A stretch of DNA of 60,408 nt from Octopus bimaculoides (Eukaryota). Below are positions 1 to 11,940 of the stretch, piece by piece. The DNA is taken from assembly GCF_001194135.2 (NCBI RefSeq), contig NC_069000.1, positions 20,320,897 to 20,381,304 of the forward strand. Direction: 5' to 3'. Each line of letters begins with the position of its first letter. The first letter of the stretch is position 1. Under the pieces are notes generated by a model. The model did not search any database. It was given only the letters and a program-made list of their open reading frames with translations, and was not told the DNA's origin. A program made the translations under genes and the position numbers.

Positions 1-32
<32 letters not shown>

Positions 33-37
<5 letters not shown>

Positions 38-954
38 CGCACATGTAAATTGTTACTGTTATTATTTACTCAGCAGGACTGATTTGAATGCTCCCTTTAG
101 TATCAATCGATGTCTTAGGCATCGGATTTTGATTTTGGAAATTCTACATCACCCAGGGACATTTACCAACATTACATAAAATTATCTTGGAATACTAAGA
201 ATTCAATAAAATCGCCATTGGCTTCAACCACGGCCTTCAGATGAATTCGGAATCGCCTGCCGCTCTTCCGGATGGTCTCCAGTTGATGAATGCTGCCATA
301 ATCCTTGTCTTCAGTTCATCATTGGTATTACAAGGAGTTATGTTGGTCTCTCACTCAACTGCACTCCATATATAATAATCAAGTGGGTGGCAGTCTGAGG
401 AGTTATGTGGCCAGATGTTAGGGGTGACGTGGTCGCTGGAATTATCTGACAGCTATGACTGGGTTCTGCTTGTGAGGCACGGTGCAGAGCGCTGTTGCCA
501 GAAATAGGGTTCTTCAATATCCACTCTCTCGACCCAGGACAGCACTACCTCTTCCAGGCAGTTGACGTACGTCTCTGTGTTGAGTGTGAAGCTGTGTGGG
601 AAGATGGATGGAGGCATAACGTCACAATCTAGTGATCACTCCAAAGACCATGATGTTGATTGGATGTTGGATTTTTATCACTCTCGATACATGTCCTCAG
701 ATTGCACTGTCCTCTGATTGACACCCAAACACTCTGAAATGTTCGTATTGGAGCTTCCGGCGCGAATGCTAAGCAGTGCAGCATGTGGTTTCCCAATTTC
801 TGGCTAACTGAATTGCGCCATAGTGCTGTTTTTCTCACAGTTAGTGCCCAACCGACCCTACCATACTGTGTAGTTGACAAAATCAAAAGCAAACAATGTG
901 CATGCGTGGAATAAAAAATATCAAATGGCTACAATTTACCCATCGCACCTTGTA
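33..954 (-). mobile_element. Degenerate, internally deleted Tc1/mariner (maT/DD37D-like) DNA transposon
   Basis: Minus-strand manual translation of ~200-700 gives DVMPPSIFPHSFTLNTETYVNCLEEVVLSWVERV...YFWQQRSAPCLTSRTQS*LSDNSSDHVTPNIWPHNSSDCHPLDYYIWSAVE*...LKAVVEANGDFIE (DDD C-terminal domain with stops). An HTH-like start SIRAGSSNTNISECLGVNQRTVQ lies at ~700-830. The terminus at 954 reads TACAAGGTGCGATGGGTAAATTGT; the left end shares only GTAAATTGT. Confidence 0.85.
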
Positions 955-1649
955 TGTATGTATGTATGTGTTTACGTACGTACGTATGTATGTATGTATG
1001 TATGTTTATATATATATATATATATATNNNNNNNNNNNNNNNNNNNNNNNNNNNNNNNNNNNNNNNNNNNNNNNNNNNNNNNNNNNNNNNNNNNNNNNNN
1101 NNNNNNNNNNNNNNNNNNNNNNNNNNNNNNNNNNNNNNNNNNNNNNNNNNNNNNNNNNNNNNNNNNNNNNNNNNNNNNNNNNNNNNNNNNNNNNNNNNNN
1201 NNNNNNNNNNNNNNNNNNNNNNNNNNNNNNNNNNNNNNNNNNNNNNNNNNNNNNNNNNNNNNNNNNNNNNNNNNNNNNNNNNNNNNNNNNNNNNNNNNNN
1301 NNNNNNNNNNNNNNNNNNNNNNNNNNNNNNNNNNNNNNNNNNNNNNNNNNNNNNNNNNNNNNNNNNNNNNNNNNNNNNNNNNNNNNNNNNNNNNNNNNNN
1401 NNNNNNNNNNNNNNNNNNNNNNNNNNNNNNNNNNNNNNNNNNNNNNNNNNNNNNNNNNNNNNNNNNNNNNNNNNNNNNNNNNNNNNNNNNNNNNNNNNNN
1501 NNNNNNNNNNNNNNNNNNNNNNNNNNNNNNNNNNNNNNNNNNNNNNNNNNNNNNNNNNNNNNNNNNNNNNNNNNNNNNNNNNNNNNNNNNNNNNNNNNNN
1601 NNNNNNNNNNNNNNNNNNNNNNNNNNNNNNNNNTATATATACATATACA

Positions 1650-1696
<47 letters not shown>

Positions 1697-2049
1697 GTAT
1701 AATATAATATAGGATAAAATCTTTATAAGAATTTATCAAGTAGTCACCGTGAAAAAAACCTCATAATGAAAAAAAATTCATCATTTTTTTCCATAAATAT
1801 ATATAATCTATATAAAGGGCATTAACTGTGTAGTAATGCCTCACGCTTCGAGGGACTAAATAAGTCAAAAACTACCAAAAAATAAGCAACATATTTACCG
1901 AAAGCGAGGGAATGCAGCTTTCAAAATTTATCTCTTAAAAACATTTAACTTAACGGTAAACCAGTGGTTTCTCAATCAATACAGAATAACTGCGAAGTAA
2001 CCTGCATCTTTTATATATATATGTATATATATTATATTATATTATATAT

Positions 2050-2860
2050 ATAACATGCAGCTTAACACAGGAAAATTCGAAGCCGTGGGCTACCACCACA
2101 CAAAGCTGAACAACATGCAAACATAATACACTGGTGAAGGGGGGAAATGGCAATCCCTGAATCGAAATCAGTGTGTGACCTAGGCGTTCATATGAGCAAT
2201 GGTGCATCTTTCCAGGTGCAAATTACTAGCTGGCTGGCTGGCTGCATCCTCTGAACTTTCAAAATGAGAGTAAGGGAAACTACGATGATCTTTCGGAGGG
2301 CTACGTCTTCGGTAGCTTGGACTAATGCCCCCAGCGATGGTCACCACACAATATAAATTAATGGCAGAATTGGAAGCTATCCACCAAAGCTACACGAAGG
2401 AAATCGTCATAATGCAACATATCAGCTACTGGGAAGAACTGGAAGAATTAAAAAGACTGGAAGAATTAATAAAGGCAGGAAAGACATGCATTGATGTGGA
2501 AGGCCTCGTACCAAACTTTGGCATTGAAAGTTACACAAATAGCAGGATGGGGCGGCACTGCGTAGTTCCAAAGATCCCAGCATCAGCATCAAAATACAGG
2601 ACCAGATACTGCAACAGCCTTGGTTTCAAGACCTGCCTGATGTAGATGTAGGTGTCTTCAAAACAAAACTGCTTCTCCTCCTATCAAGGGTTTCAGATGA
2701 GCCTGCCTCACGGCAGGAAACACAGAAGAGGGCAGTATAATCAAACTCCTTCATTCACCAAATGCCACATATCAAGGGAGATTTCAGATAGTGGTGTAAC
2801 ACAGCAAACAGTGGTGCCGCAGCAGTTTTAAAGCTGAAACAATTCAAAGAATTCAAGAAT
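2050..2860 (+). mobile_element. CR1/L2-group LINE, degenerate 3' part of ORF2 plus tail
   Basis: NMQLNTGKFEAV, SVCDLGVHMS, ELEAIHQSYTKEI..SYWEELEELK, EGLVPNFGIESYTNSRMGRHCVVPKIP..RYCNSLGFK, VFKTKL motifs typical of the post-RT C-terminus; frameshifts and stops. Confidence 0.8.
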
Positions 2861-2894
2861 ACAAGAATTGAAATATAAGTATATATAAGCTCAC

Positions 2895-3190
2895 ATCATT
2901 TGAGAGACTTGCAAGACATGGATATAGAGGTCTTCAAAACAAAACTCGACGCTTTCTTCTCCACGATACCAGACGAACCAATGGCTCGAAATGAGACACA
3001 GTTTAGGGCAGCGATGTCAAATTCTCTTATACACCAGATATGCCATCAAAACTCTTGATTGGACTATACCAGGTGGAGGAGAAGAGTCATGCAAGGAACG
3101 TGAAGAGAGCACAGCATAAAGACGGAAAGTCACGATGGTGTTCCAGCATGACACAGCCACTTGGCTGAAACCAATAAATAAATAAAAATA
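2895..3190 (+). mobile_element. Second CR1/L2-group LINE 3' end (5'-truncated)
   Basis: LRDLQDMDIEVFKTKLDAFFSTIPDEP...RAAMSNSLIHQ, then a 3' UTR ending GATGGTGTTCCAGCATGACACAGCC..GCTGAAACC(AATA)n. Confidence 0.75.
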
Positions 3191-3582
3191 AATAAATAAA
3201 TATATATATATATATNNNNNNNNNNNNNNNNNNNNNNNNNNNNNNNNNNNNNNNNNNNNNNNNNNNNNNNNNNNNNNNNNNNNNNNNNNNNNNNNNNNNN
3301 NNNNNNNNNNNNNNNNNNNNNNNNNNNNNNNNNNNNNNNNNNNNNNNNNNNNNNNNNNNNNNNNNNNNNNNNNNNNNNNNNNNNNNNNNNNNNNNNNNNN
3401 NNNNNNNNNNNNNNNNNNNNNNNNNNNNNNNNNNNNNNNNNNNNNNNNNNNNNNNNNNNNNNNNNNNNNNNNNNNNNNNNNNNNNNNNNNNNNNNNNNNN
3501 NNNNNNNNNNNNNNNNNNNNNNNNNNNNNNNNNNNNNNNNNNNNNNNNNNNNNNNNNNNNNNNNNNNNNNNNNNNNNNNNNN

Positions 3583-3633
<51 letters not shown>

Positions 3634-4236
3634 TAAATATATATGTATACATACGTATATATATTTATATATACATGTATATATACACGCACACATATAT
3701 ATATGTAAGTCTATGTATGTATGTATGTATGTATGTATGTATGTATGTATGTATGTATGTATGGATGGATGGATGGATGTAAACGTATATGCATGTATGT
3801 ATGTACATGTATATGCAAAATTACATATGAGTGTGCATATACATATAATATCTATTCATGAGTCGTGGGGGGAGGAATACTACATTATAACAAGTTAACA
3901 AGTTACTTCAACTCCATATGACGACACATCACATGAGATGTTTGACGCGATGAGTTCCACGTAGGCGCCCATGAAAGTTTAAGCCAAACTCTTATTAAAT
4001 AATATACATAAATCCTTCTAAAATATATATACCGCATTTTTAAATTTGTCCACTCACTACCTATGATTCCGTATATAAATATATACATTCTAATATATAA
4101 ATATATGCATTCGAATATATATATANNNNNNNNNNNNNNNNNNNNNNNNNNNNNNNNNNNNNNNNNNNNNNNNNNNNNNNNNNNNNNNNNNNNNNNNNNN
4201 NNNNNNNNNNNNNNNNNNNNNNNNNCGTCCGTGGGC

Positions 4237-4279
<43 letters not shown>

Positions 4280-4439
4280 TGCGTGCTTGTATGTATGAAT
4301 GTATGTATGTGCGTTTGTGTATGAATGTTCATATTCGGAGCTGGACTCGGCAACAACGATTCTCTGAGCAGTGTAAAGGCTGTAAGACATGACATGCACA
4401 GCTGCAACAGAGACTGCAAAACTGTGGCCTGTCATAAGC

Positions 4440-4540
4440 TGCGGCCATGCTAGGGCTCCGCCTAGGAGGGTTTAGTCGAGCAAGACGACCATTTTACCTA
4501 TTTTATGTTTGGTACTTATTCTTTTGCCGAACCGCTTACA
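4440..4540 (-). mobile_element. Degenerate SINE 3' fragment (family A)
   Basis: GCGGCCATGCTAGGGCTCCGCC..TTTAGTCGAGCAA..GGTACTTATTC..GCCGAACCGCT matches the SINE tails at 13245-13400 and 37290-37515. Confidence 0.55.
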
Positions 4541-4959
4541 TACCATCATTGGTCGCAAAGCAGTTGTGGAGGTCAAGCGCAGCCCAAACAGAAAGACACG
4601 CGCATGCACGTACGCACACATTCACACATGTATACACACGCACGTGCGCGCACACACACGACGAACTTCTTTCACTTTCCATCAACCAAATCTCATTTAA
4701 GTGAAGGGACAACTATATCGATGTCTAAATTTGTCTACAAACTCGCGGAGCAAGGATTTCAACGCTGTCCAGTATCTTAAAATATCGTGGATGAAGTCTT
4801 TCCATTCCTTTGCGCTTCACAAGAATGCAGGTTGTTCCTAGAAGAATGTTTATAACAGTCCAGCTCTTTCCGCTGCTTTTCTCTTCGGTGCTAACAAATA
4901 TAAATGACGTGTTAAACCAGGCTGGTCTTGGGAAGAAAAGCTCTAGGAGAAGAATCAAA

Positions 4960-5356
4960 TTATTTGCAACAATCTAGTTACACTTACATGGAAAACATGG
5001 CTTTATCCGAGGAATTGACGCAAGATTTAGACGAAGGATATTATTCAAATACAACCTTAAAGGGTGAAATATTAAGAAACTAACATCATTCTAGATAAAG
5101 AAACATTTATAAGAGAAATACACTAAATAGTCTTACAAAAACTTAGGAGTCAACGAACCAGACAGCGTACGACTGAAATGAGAGGATACGTTTAAGGCTA
5201 ACCTGCCTTAAACAACAAGGTATATACCAACAGAAAGGAGAGAACTGGACTTTCATAGACTGGACGTTAAGTCAACATTATGAAATCCAGCAAAGAAGAT
5301 GTTATAATCATGCACCGCCAAAAGTCTCAGAGAATGACAAAGTCACCTTTATCTAG
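4960..5356 (+). mobile_element. Highly degraded R4/Dong-like non-LTR RT fragment
   Basis: Remnants resembling HLLYMDD (YMENM), IILDKETFIRE, YKNLGVNE and WTLSQHYEI..YNHAPPKVSENDKVT. Confidence 0.5.
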
Positions 5357-5360
5357 AATG

Positions 5361-5430
5361 GTGGTTCCTAACCCGTTGTCCGCGGACCCTGGTGTTCCGC
5401 AAAGGTAGTTGAGGGGGAGGGCATCCGTGA
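5361..5430. mobile_element. Possible hAT-Charlie-type MITE end
   Basis: GTGGTTCCTAACC..GTCCGCGGACCC resembles CAGTGGTTCCCAAC termini. Only one end is visible, next to a gap. Confidence 0.3.
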
Positions 5431-5445
5431 ACTAAATTCAAAATG

Positions 5446-5480
<35 letters not shown>

Positions 5481-5984
5481 NNNNNNNNNNNNNNNNNNNN
5501 NNNNNNNNNNNNNNNNNNNNNNNNNNNNNNNNNNNNNNNNNNNNNNNNNNNNNNNNNNNNNNNNNNNNNNNNNNNNNNNNNNNNNNNNNNNNNNNNNNNN
5601 NNNNNNNNNNNNNNNNNNNNNNNNNNNNNNNNNNNNNNNNNNNNNNNNNNNNNNNNNNNNNNNNNNNNNNNNNNNNNNNNNNNNNNNNNNNNNNNNNNNN
5701 NNNNNNNNNNNNNNNNNNNNNNNNNNNNNNNNNNNNNNNNNNNNNNNNNNNNNNNNNNNNNNNNNNNNNNNNNNNNNNNNNNNNNNNNNNATAGTATTTG
5801 GTTATACTTACTAATTTTTACGTTCTCGATCGATAAAATAAGGAGCAGCAAAGTAGTGGAATCGATTCAATCGACTAACCCAATCTCTAAATGCTTAAGG
5901 CCTTGTGGCTATGTGAGAAGCAAAAACAACAAAAACACAATAATTGTTATTTTGTGGTGGTGGTGGTAGTGGGGGGGGGGTAAG

Positions 5985-6062
5985 TTGATTACATCGGGCT
6001 CCAATGATCAACTTGTACTTATGCTATCGACTCCAAAATGATGAAAGGCAAAATCGACCTCG
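5985..6062 (-). mobile_element. SINE fragment (family B)
   Basis: ATTACATCG..GTACTTAT..ATCGAC..ATGAAAGGCAAAATCGACCTCG matches 39450-39645. Confidence 0.5.
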
Positions 6063-6084
6063 AATAATAATAATAATGATAATG

Positions 6085-6483
6085 AGCTATATTGGTGATG
6101 TTGCATGGCATCGTTGACCTACAAATAGTCAAGAACGAAGGCAAAAAGATAGATAAATATAACGCTCTAGAGTACAGAATAGCCCGGCTATGGAAAATGA
6201 AGAAGGTGAAGATAGTGCGAATTATTGTTGGGTTCTTGGGAACAGTATCAGGAGGCATCAAGAGGAATATCAAGGAAATTGGAATAGAGGGCCCAGTAGA
6301 ACTGTTACGAAAGGCTTACCTCCTTGGCACGGCCAGAATAATCAGGAAAGTATTAGATAGCTGAAAAGAACGGATAGCATGATACCGTAGGTTGTAGGTA
6401 GCAAGTCCGCTACGCATACAAGACTCCAGGAGCTCCAACAAAACCTGTGATAAAATGAAATAATAATAATAATAATAATAATA
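6085..6483 (+). mobile_element. R4/Dong-like (RLE-endonuclease) non-LTR retrotransposon 3' end, 5'-truncated
   Basis: ORF 6092-6364 ..KIDKYNALEYRIARLWKMKKVKIVRIIVGFLGTV...ELLRKAYLLGTARIIRKVLDS* is a typical RLE C-terminus, followed by a ~100-bp UTR and (TAA)n tail. Confidence 0.85.
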
Positions 6484-7399
6484 GNNNNNNNNNNNNNNNN
6501 NNNNNNNNNNNNNNNNNNNNNNNNNNNNNNNNNNNNNNNNNNNNNNNNNNNNNNNNNNNNNNNNNNNNNNNNNNNNNNNNNNNNNNNNNNNNNNNNNNNN
6601 NNNNNNNNNNNNNNNNNNNNNNNNNNNNNNNNNNNNNNNNNNNNNNNNNNNNNNNNNNNNNNNNNNNNNNNNNNNNNNNNNNNNNNNNNNNNNNNNNNNN
6701 NNNNNNNNNNNNNNNNNNNNNNNNNNNNNNNNNNNNNNNNNNNNNNNNNNNNNNNNNNNNNNNNNNNNNNNNNNNNNNNNNNNNNNNNNNNNNNNNNNNN
6801 NNNNNNNNNNNNNNNNNNNNNNNNNNNNNNNNNNNNNNNNNNNNNNNNNNNNNNNNNNNNNNNNNNNNNNNNNNNNNNNNNNNNNNNNNNNNNNNNNNNN
6901 NNNNNNNNNNNNNNNNNNNNNNNNNNNNNNNNNNNNNNNNNNNNNNNNNNNNNNNNNNNNNNNNNNNNNNNNNNNNNNNNNNNNNNNNNNNNNNNNNNNN
7001 NNNNNNNNNNNNNNNNNNNNNNNNNNNNNNNNNNNNNNNNNNNNNNNNNNNNNNNNNNNNNNNNNNNNNNNNNNNNNNNNNNNNNNNNNNNNNNNNNNNN
7101 NNNNNNNNNNNNNNNNNNNNNNNNNNNNNNNNNNNNNNNNNNNNNNNNNATATATATCAAAAAGAGTGTGTGTGTGTGTGCGTGAGTGCCTGCGTGCGTG
7201 TGTGCATGTGTGTGTGTGTGTCTGTGTCTGTGTCTGTGCCTCTGTGTCTGTGTGTATGCGTATGTTCGTTATGGATTATTAAACTGAGTTGCCAATTTGA
7301 CGTATCACAAGATTCAATAATCTTTCGGCTACCCATTAAGGTATGGTTTTTGCACAACACCTCTTGTTTACTACAAAAATGACCTCGAAAACGAGGTCG

Positions 7400-7690
7400 G
7401 GTGGCACAATATTAAGGTCTTTAGCTGAAGCAGGCAACTCTGCCACAACAATCTTTCCAACAAATTTGCTGGAACGCAGCACTTCCCACTCCTCTCTCAC
7501 TTTGCTGTCTAAATGAAACTTGAAGAGATTGGTGAAGGAATGACCCAAGAGCAGGGTGTCTTCAATACTTCCAGTCTGGTCCATCACACAACCTCTAAGA
7601 TACTGCATATCCTTCCCGGCCAAAGGAAAGCGGCAAGACAATCTTCACAATAGACTCATCTGACAATCGTATTCATCCTACACGCTAGAG
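7400..7690 (-). mobile_element. L1-Tx1-like LINE ORF2 C-terminal remnant
   Basis: Across frameshifts: RLSDESIVKIVLPLSFGREGYAV / V*WTRLEVLKT / LLLGHSFTNLFKFHLDSKVREEWEVL. Recognised by pattern, not by search. Confidence 0.55.
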
Positions 7691-7756
7691 CATTATTCCG
7701 TTTAATTCGACTATACAGCAGAGACTCAAGTATTTCCATACCTGTCAGGTTTTTCT

Positions 7757-7757
7757 G

Positions 7758-7823
<66 letters not shown>

Positions 7824-7824
7824 C

Positions 7825-7872
<48 letters not shown>
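7757..7872. repeat. (TCTA)n microsatellite
   Basis: Direct reading. Confidence 0.98.
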
Positions 7873-7873
<1 letters not shown>

Positions 7874-7960
7874 AAACGTTTTAAAATTTTGTAAACAGAG
7901 AGTTACTTACGTTTCTTGCATAAATAAAAGAAATTTTATTTAACAAACTGTGACACTAAG

Positions 7961-8212
7961 GACCGAGGTTACCGTGGTCTTTTCGTAGGTTTTTCTTTCC
8001 ACGGATAACCTCCCCATTTATTGGGAATTTTCTGTATTATTTCATATTTTTTGTAAATACCCCAAACGTTTGGCGATGTTCTTTTTCCATCGTTGTCCCC
8101 ACTTTTGTTTGTTTTTCTTTTTCTGCTTTGTTTTTCGCCCCCCTCGAAAAGAAAAACTCTACATTTGTATTTTGTCCCTTCTATGTTGAGCCCTGTGTGG
8201 CTAATAAAGAAA
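7961..8212 (+). mobile_element. Retroelement 3' UTR ending in AATAAA (L1/Tx1-like), copy 1
   Basis: Pyrimidine-rich UTR. The last ~65 bp (AAGAAAAACTCTACATT..TTGAGCCCTGTGTGGCTAATAAAGAAA) recur at 42922-42987. Confidence 0.6.
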
Positions 8213-8401
8213 CATATCTGTCTATTCATCTATACATATACTCACATGTATATACATATGCGCATATATATGCGTGTGTGTTTGTGCATTATGAGAGAGC
8301 AAGAGATATCTTGAGAAGTATATATTTCGGCTATTTAGAATTTCACTCTGTTTAATATTGAATAAACTAAAGTGTTAGTATATGTGTACGTGTATGTGTG
8401 T

Positions 8402-8452
<51 letters not shown>

Positions 8453-8769
8453 CACATATGTATATATCGTCCAGGCGTGTTATATGCGAGAGAATGGACC
8501 CATGAAGCTACCACAATACAAAAGTAAATAGCCATGTGACTATCACATATCAAGAGATGTTTATTATCAATCGTTCAGTTCCTCGTTGTCAACCAACCAA
8601 AAGTCATCCAATTTTTTAAGTAACTACCGTTGTTTCACTGTTATTTGAGAGAACTACACACACAAATGCACTCAGCTTCACACGCACACACACATACACA
8701 CACACATACAGATACCTATCTATCAACGTCCCTGTCTCTTTCAAATTGTAAATATATGTGTGTGTATAC

Positions 8770-8802
<33 letters not shown>

Positions 8803-9051
8803 CATTTATGTTTGTCAATATGAATGTGTATGTGTGTGTAAATACATATACTGAGAAGTATGTGTGTACGGCCGTATAAATTAAGGGTAAACCACTTTTT
8901 ACCCCCGCCCATATATGACACTCCATCGCGAGATAGCCACGCAAGAACCAGCATTTGGGTATGAATAATTGGATACACTACCAGCAGTATATTAGATAGA
9001 CACTATCCCTTAGTTGGTTGGTTTCCCAACCTCTAACTCTCACAGATATAT

Positions 9052-9090
<39 letters not shown>

Positions 9091-9439
9091 NNNNNNNNNN
9101 NNNNNNNNNNNNNNNNNNNNNNNNNNNNNNNNNNNNNNNNNNNNNNNNNNNNNNNNNNNNNNNNNNNNNNNNNNNNNNNNNNNNNNNNNNNNNNNNNNNN
9201 NNNNNNNNNNNNNNNNNNNNNNNNNNNNNNNNNNNNNNNNNNNNNNNNNNNNNNNNNNNNNNNNNNNNNNNNNNNNNNNNNNNNNNNNNNNNNNNNNNNN
9301 NNNNNNNNNNNNNNNNNNNNNNNNNNNNNNNNNNNNNNNNNNNNNNNNNNNNNNNATATATATATATACACACACATATACATATTTACGTATGTATGTG
9401 TGCATGTATGTATGTCTATATGTATGTAAATATTCTATT

Positions 9440-9950
9440 TAAAACACGACTGTGTCCTACTTTGTTTTCTTGCTTTGTAAAAAGTTTTCATTTTTCTGAA
9501 TGAGTTCTTGAGCGTTCGAGCCATTAAAGTTCCCAGTATCATCAATACTTCTAAACTTTCATGGTCTTTCTTATCTACTGGATGCAGTGGTTTTCGTTGG
9601 CGTGTATTACTTCCAGTATAAAGAAGATAGCAGCAATGTAATTAGCGTTTTGTAGCTGATGACATTTCCGCCGAGTTTGAATACTTTGAACGTTGGCCGA
9701 TTTATTTTTAGCTTTGAGAGGCTGGATGTTCTTCATTACGAATCTACGTTGTATATATATTTCAGCACTCCGGTGTTCTATTAGGATTGTTTTACACTCA
9801 CTCGTGTAGTTTTATAGGAATTCTGAGTAATTCATGGCGGTAGTATCAATAAGGATCTTGCATTGTTTTGTAATTCTTTCCTGCTGTTTTGTCTTACGCC
9901 ATGTAATATTCTGCATTGCAATCATCCAAAAGATAAGACCATGATTATCT
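9440..9950 (-). mobile_element. Possible very degraded Penelope-like (GIY-YIG) remnant
   Basis: Weak CNAEYY and LRIPI-like remnants on the minus strand only. Confidence 0.25.
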
Positions 9951-10529
9951 AGACTCATTTACTGGCTGCGCACTAAAGATGTTTGTGTTACATAGAAGAG
10001 TATTTGTGTTCGACTCCACTACATGATACTTCATAATCACCGATACCATGTGAATGTTATTTGGTTCCATGAGAGTGAAATTGTATCGTAAAATATTTTT
10101 ACACTGACAGTAGAACCATGTTTTGCAACATTGCAACAAACCCGGGAGAATGACTGAGAGCCCATACTGGAGATATCGGAATGGAATACAATGGTTTATG
10201 AATCAAAACAAGTATTATATTTGGATTATAATTCTAGTATCGTATGTGATACAAACTGTTTCTGAATTGCAACTTCGAGTTGTAGTTTTTATCATAGATA
10301 TAGGATTAGTGCAAGCAGAACATACCTCTGCATATTATAACAAAGTTGAATACAACATAGACTACGATGGAAATCTCAAACGTGCTCGATTGAGAAAGAA
10401 CACATGACTATCTAGAAGAAATACGAAGAAAAACTAGCATCGTGAAATGTAAAGAAAAGTTATCTATAGTATCGCATTAAAATAAAGTTAATACCTTAAC
10501 ATGCATGAGGTACAGTCAATCTCTCTGAG

Positions 10530-10740
10530 CTATCCTGGTGCAATAGAGCATCTACGTGGAAACTCAACTTGTTAGAAATAGTACCAAATCTCCCTGAATT
10601 CTGTTCCTACAACTTTAAAGAAGGGGAAATACTTGAGATAATGTATTCTTAGATAACCACCAAAATGTGGGATGATCATGTCTGAAATGGCTTTGACCGT
10701 AGGTTTGCTCTATCATAGTTGATCCACGCAATAACAAAAT
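10530..10740 (+). mobile_element. Dispersed SINE-like repeat family X
   Basis: CATCTACGTGG..AGAAATAG..CCAAATCTCCCT..GGGATGATCATG..GAAATGGCTTTGA. Related pieces at 14865-14920(+), 23280-23350(+), 24815-24972(-), 44680-44880(-), 45990-46170(-), 47285-47355(-). Confidence 0.6.
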
Positions 10741-10958
10741 CGTTTTATGAAGAGTAGAACTTTAAATTCTTTACACACTCTCAGAATATTTTGGCGGTCT
10801 TCAAAATAGGTGAAGAAAAAGAGCATTTCTTAAACTGTATCGGAATAATCTCACATGATGATATACAAGACTTTCAATGATTATAAAATAATGCAGGTTC
10901 ATATGTTAACACGATATTATAATACACACTTATTAAATGATAATATTCTATAAGATTT

Positions 10959-11279
10959 ATTTTGCCAGCTTTATAGGACTGTGAGGGTCCTATAAAGGAC
11001 AGGGTTACTGTGGTTTTTAGCCCTGGGAAGACATTTCCTTCAGCTAGCCAACGACACACAGTCTGTGTCCGATTAGTATTTGCGAGGCGGGTAATTGCTC
11101 CCATCTCTATGGATCTGTGTGTATCACGTAAGGCTAGAGATGAGACCGATGATCTCTTTCGCAAATACTAATTGGACACAGACTGTGTGTCATTATCCAA
11201 CTGGAGGAGATGCGTTCCTGGGGCTAAAAACAACAGTAACACCGTCCTTTATAGGACCGCCACAGTTAGTTGGCAAATA
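10959..11279. mobile_element. Fold-back (palindromic) MITE-like element, ~320 bp
   Basis: Arms 10978-11109 and 11135-11266 are colinear reverse complements (shared blocks such as GGTCCTATAAAGGAC and GACACACAGTCTGTGTCC) around a 25-bp spacer. Confidence 0.85.
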
Positions 11280-11446
11280 CATTTTACGATTCCGTACTGT
11301 TACTGTTTATCTCTCGCTCAGAGATTTAATATAACTTATCTCTCTCTTCCATAAGATTCTTGCGCACAAATTCACGAAGGAAAAGAAGAAAAGTATTTAA
11401 TCAAATGTTTTTTCTTCAAAATACAAATACATATATATATATATAT

Positions 11447-11531
<85 letters not shown>

Positions 11532-11552
11532 TATGTGTGGTATATATATCAT

Positions 11553-11940
11553 TGTCTAATGAGAGAGTTTCGGCCGCCTTGTACAGCAGCCAGATTAGCT
11601 GTCCCTTCCTTATCCGTAACGCACCTTTAATATATGATTGCTTCTTCCCTGCCGTGAGAGATCGATGCTACATAGGTCGCAACAATATATAAGCAGTAAC
11701 ACAGGAATGGCGTCTTAATTGCAATTTAGACGTCGTTTGTGTGTTGCCATTTGATACTTACGCTGCACCGTTGGTAAGTCGGGCAATTGGCTATTAATTG
11801 GATTTGGTATTTACATCAAGTATCCTGTCAATATTTGATGTCTATAATGCTGTATTATTTCACTGTCAGCTTTATGAGATTATACCCAACCAATTTCTGG
11901 TGTCTTGATGTGCCTCGATTCTTCACGAACCGTTATAACT
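11553..11940 (+). mobile_element. Putative solo-LTR-like element, with partial second copy at 12210-12301
   Basis: A ~72-bp diverged direct repeat (11563-11635 and 12230-12301), both starting shortly after TGT. TATATAAGCAG at 11686-11696. Confidence 0.3.

Noticed and set aside
1710-2030. Penelope-like terminal remnant
   Set aside because: Only a short resemblance to 48495-48515; no coding or ribozyme motif can be supported.
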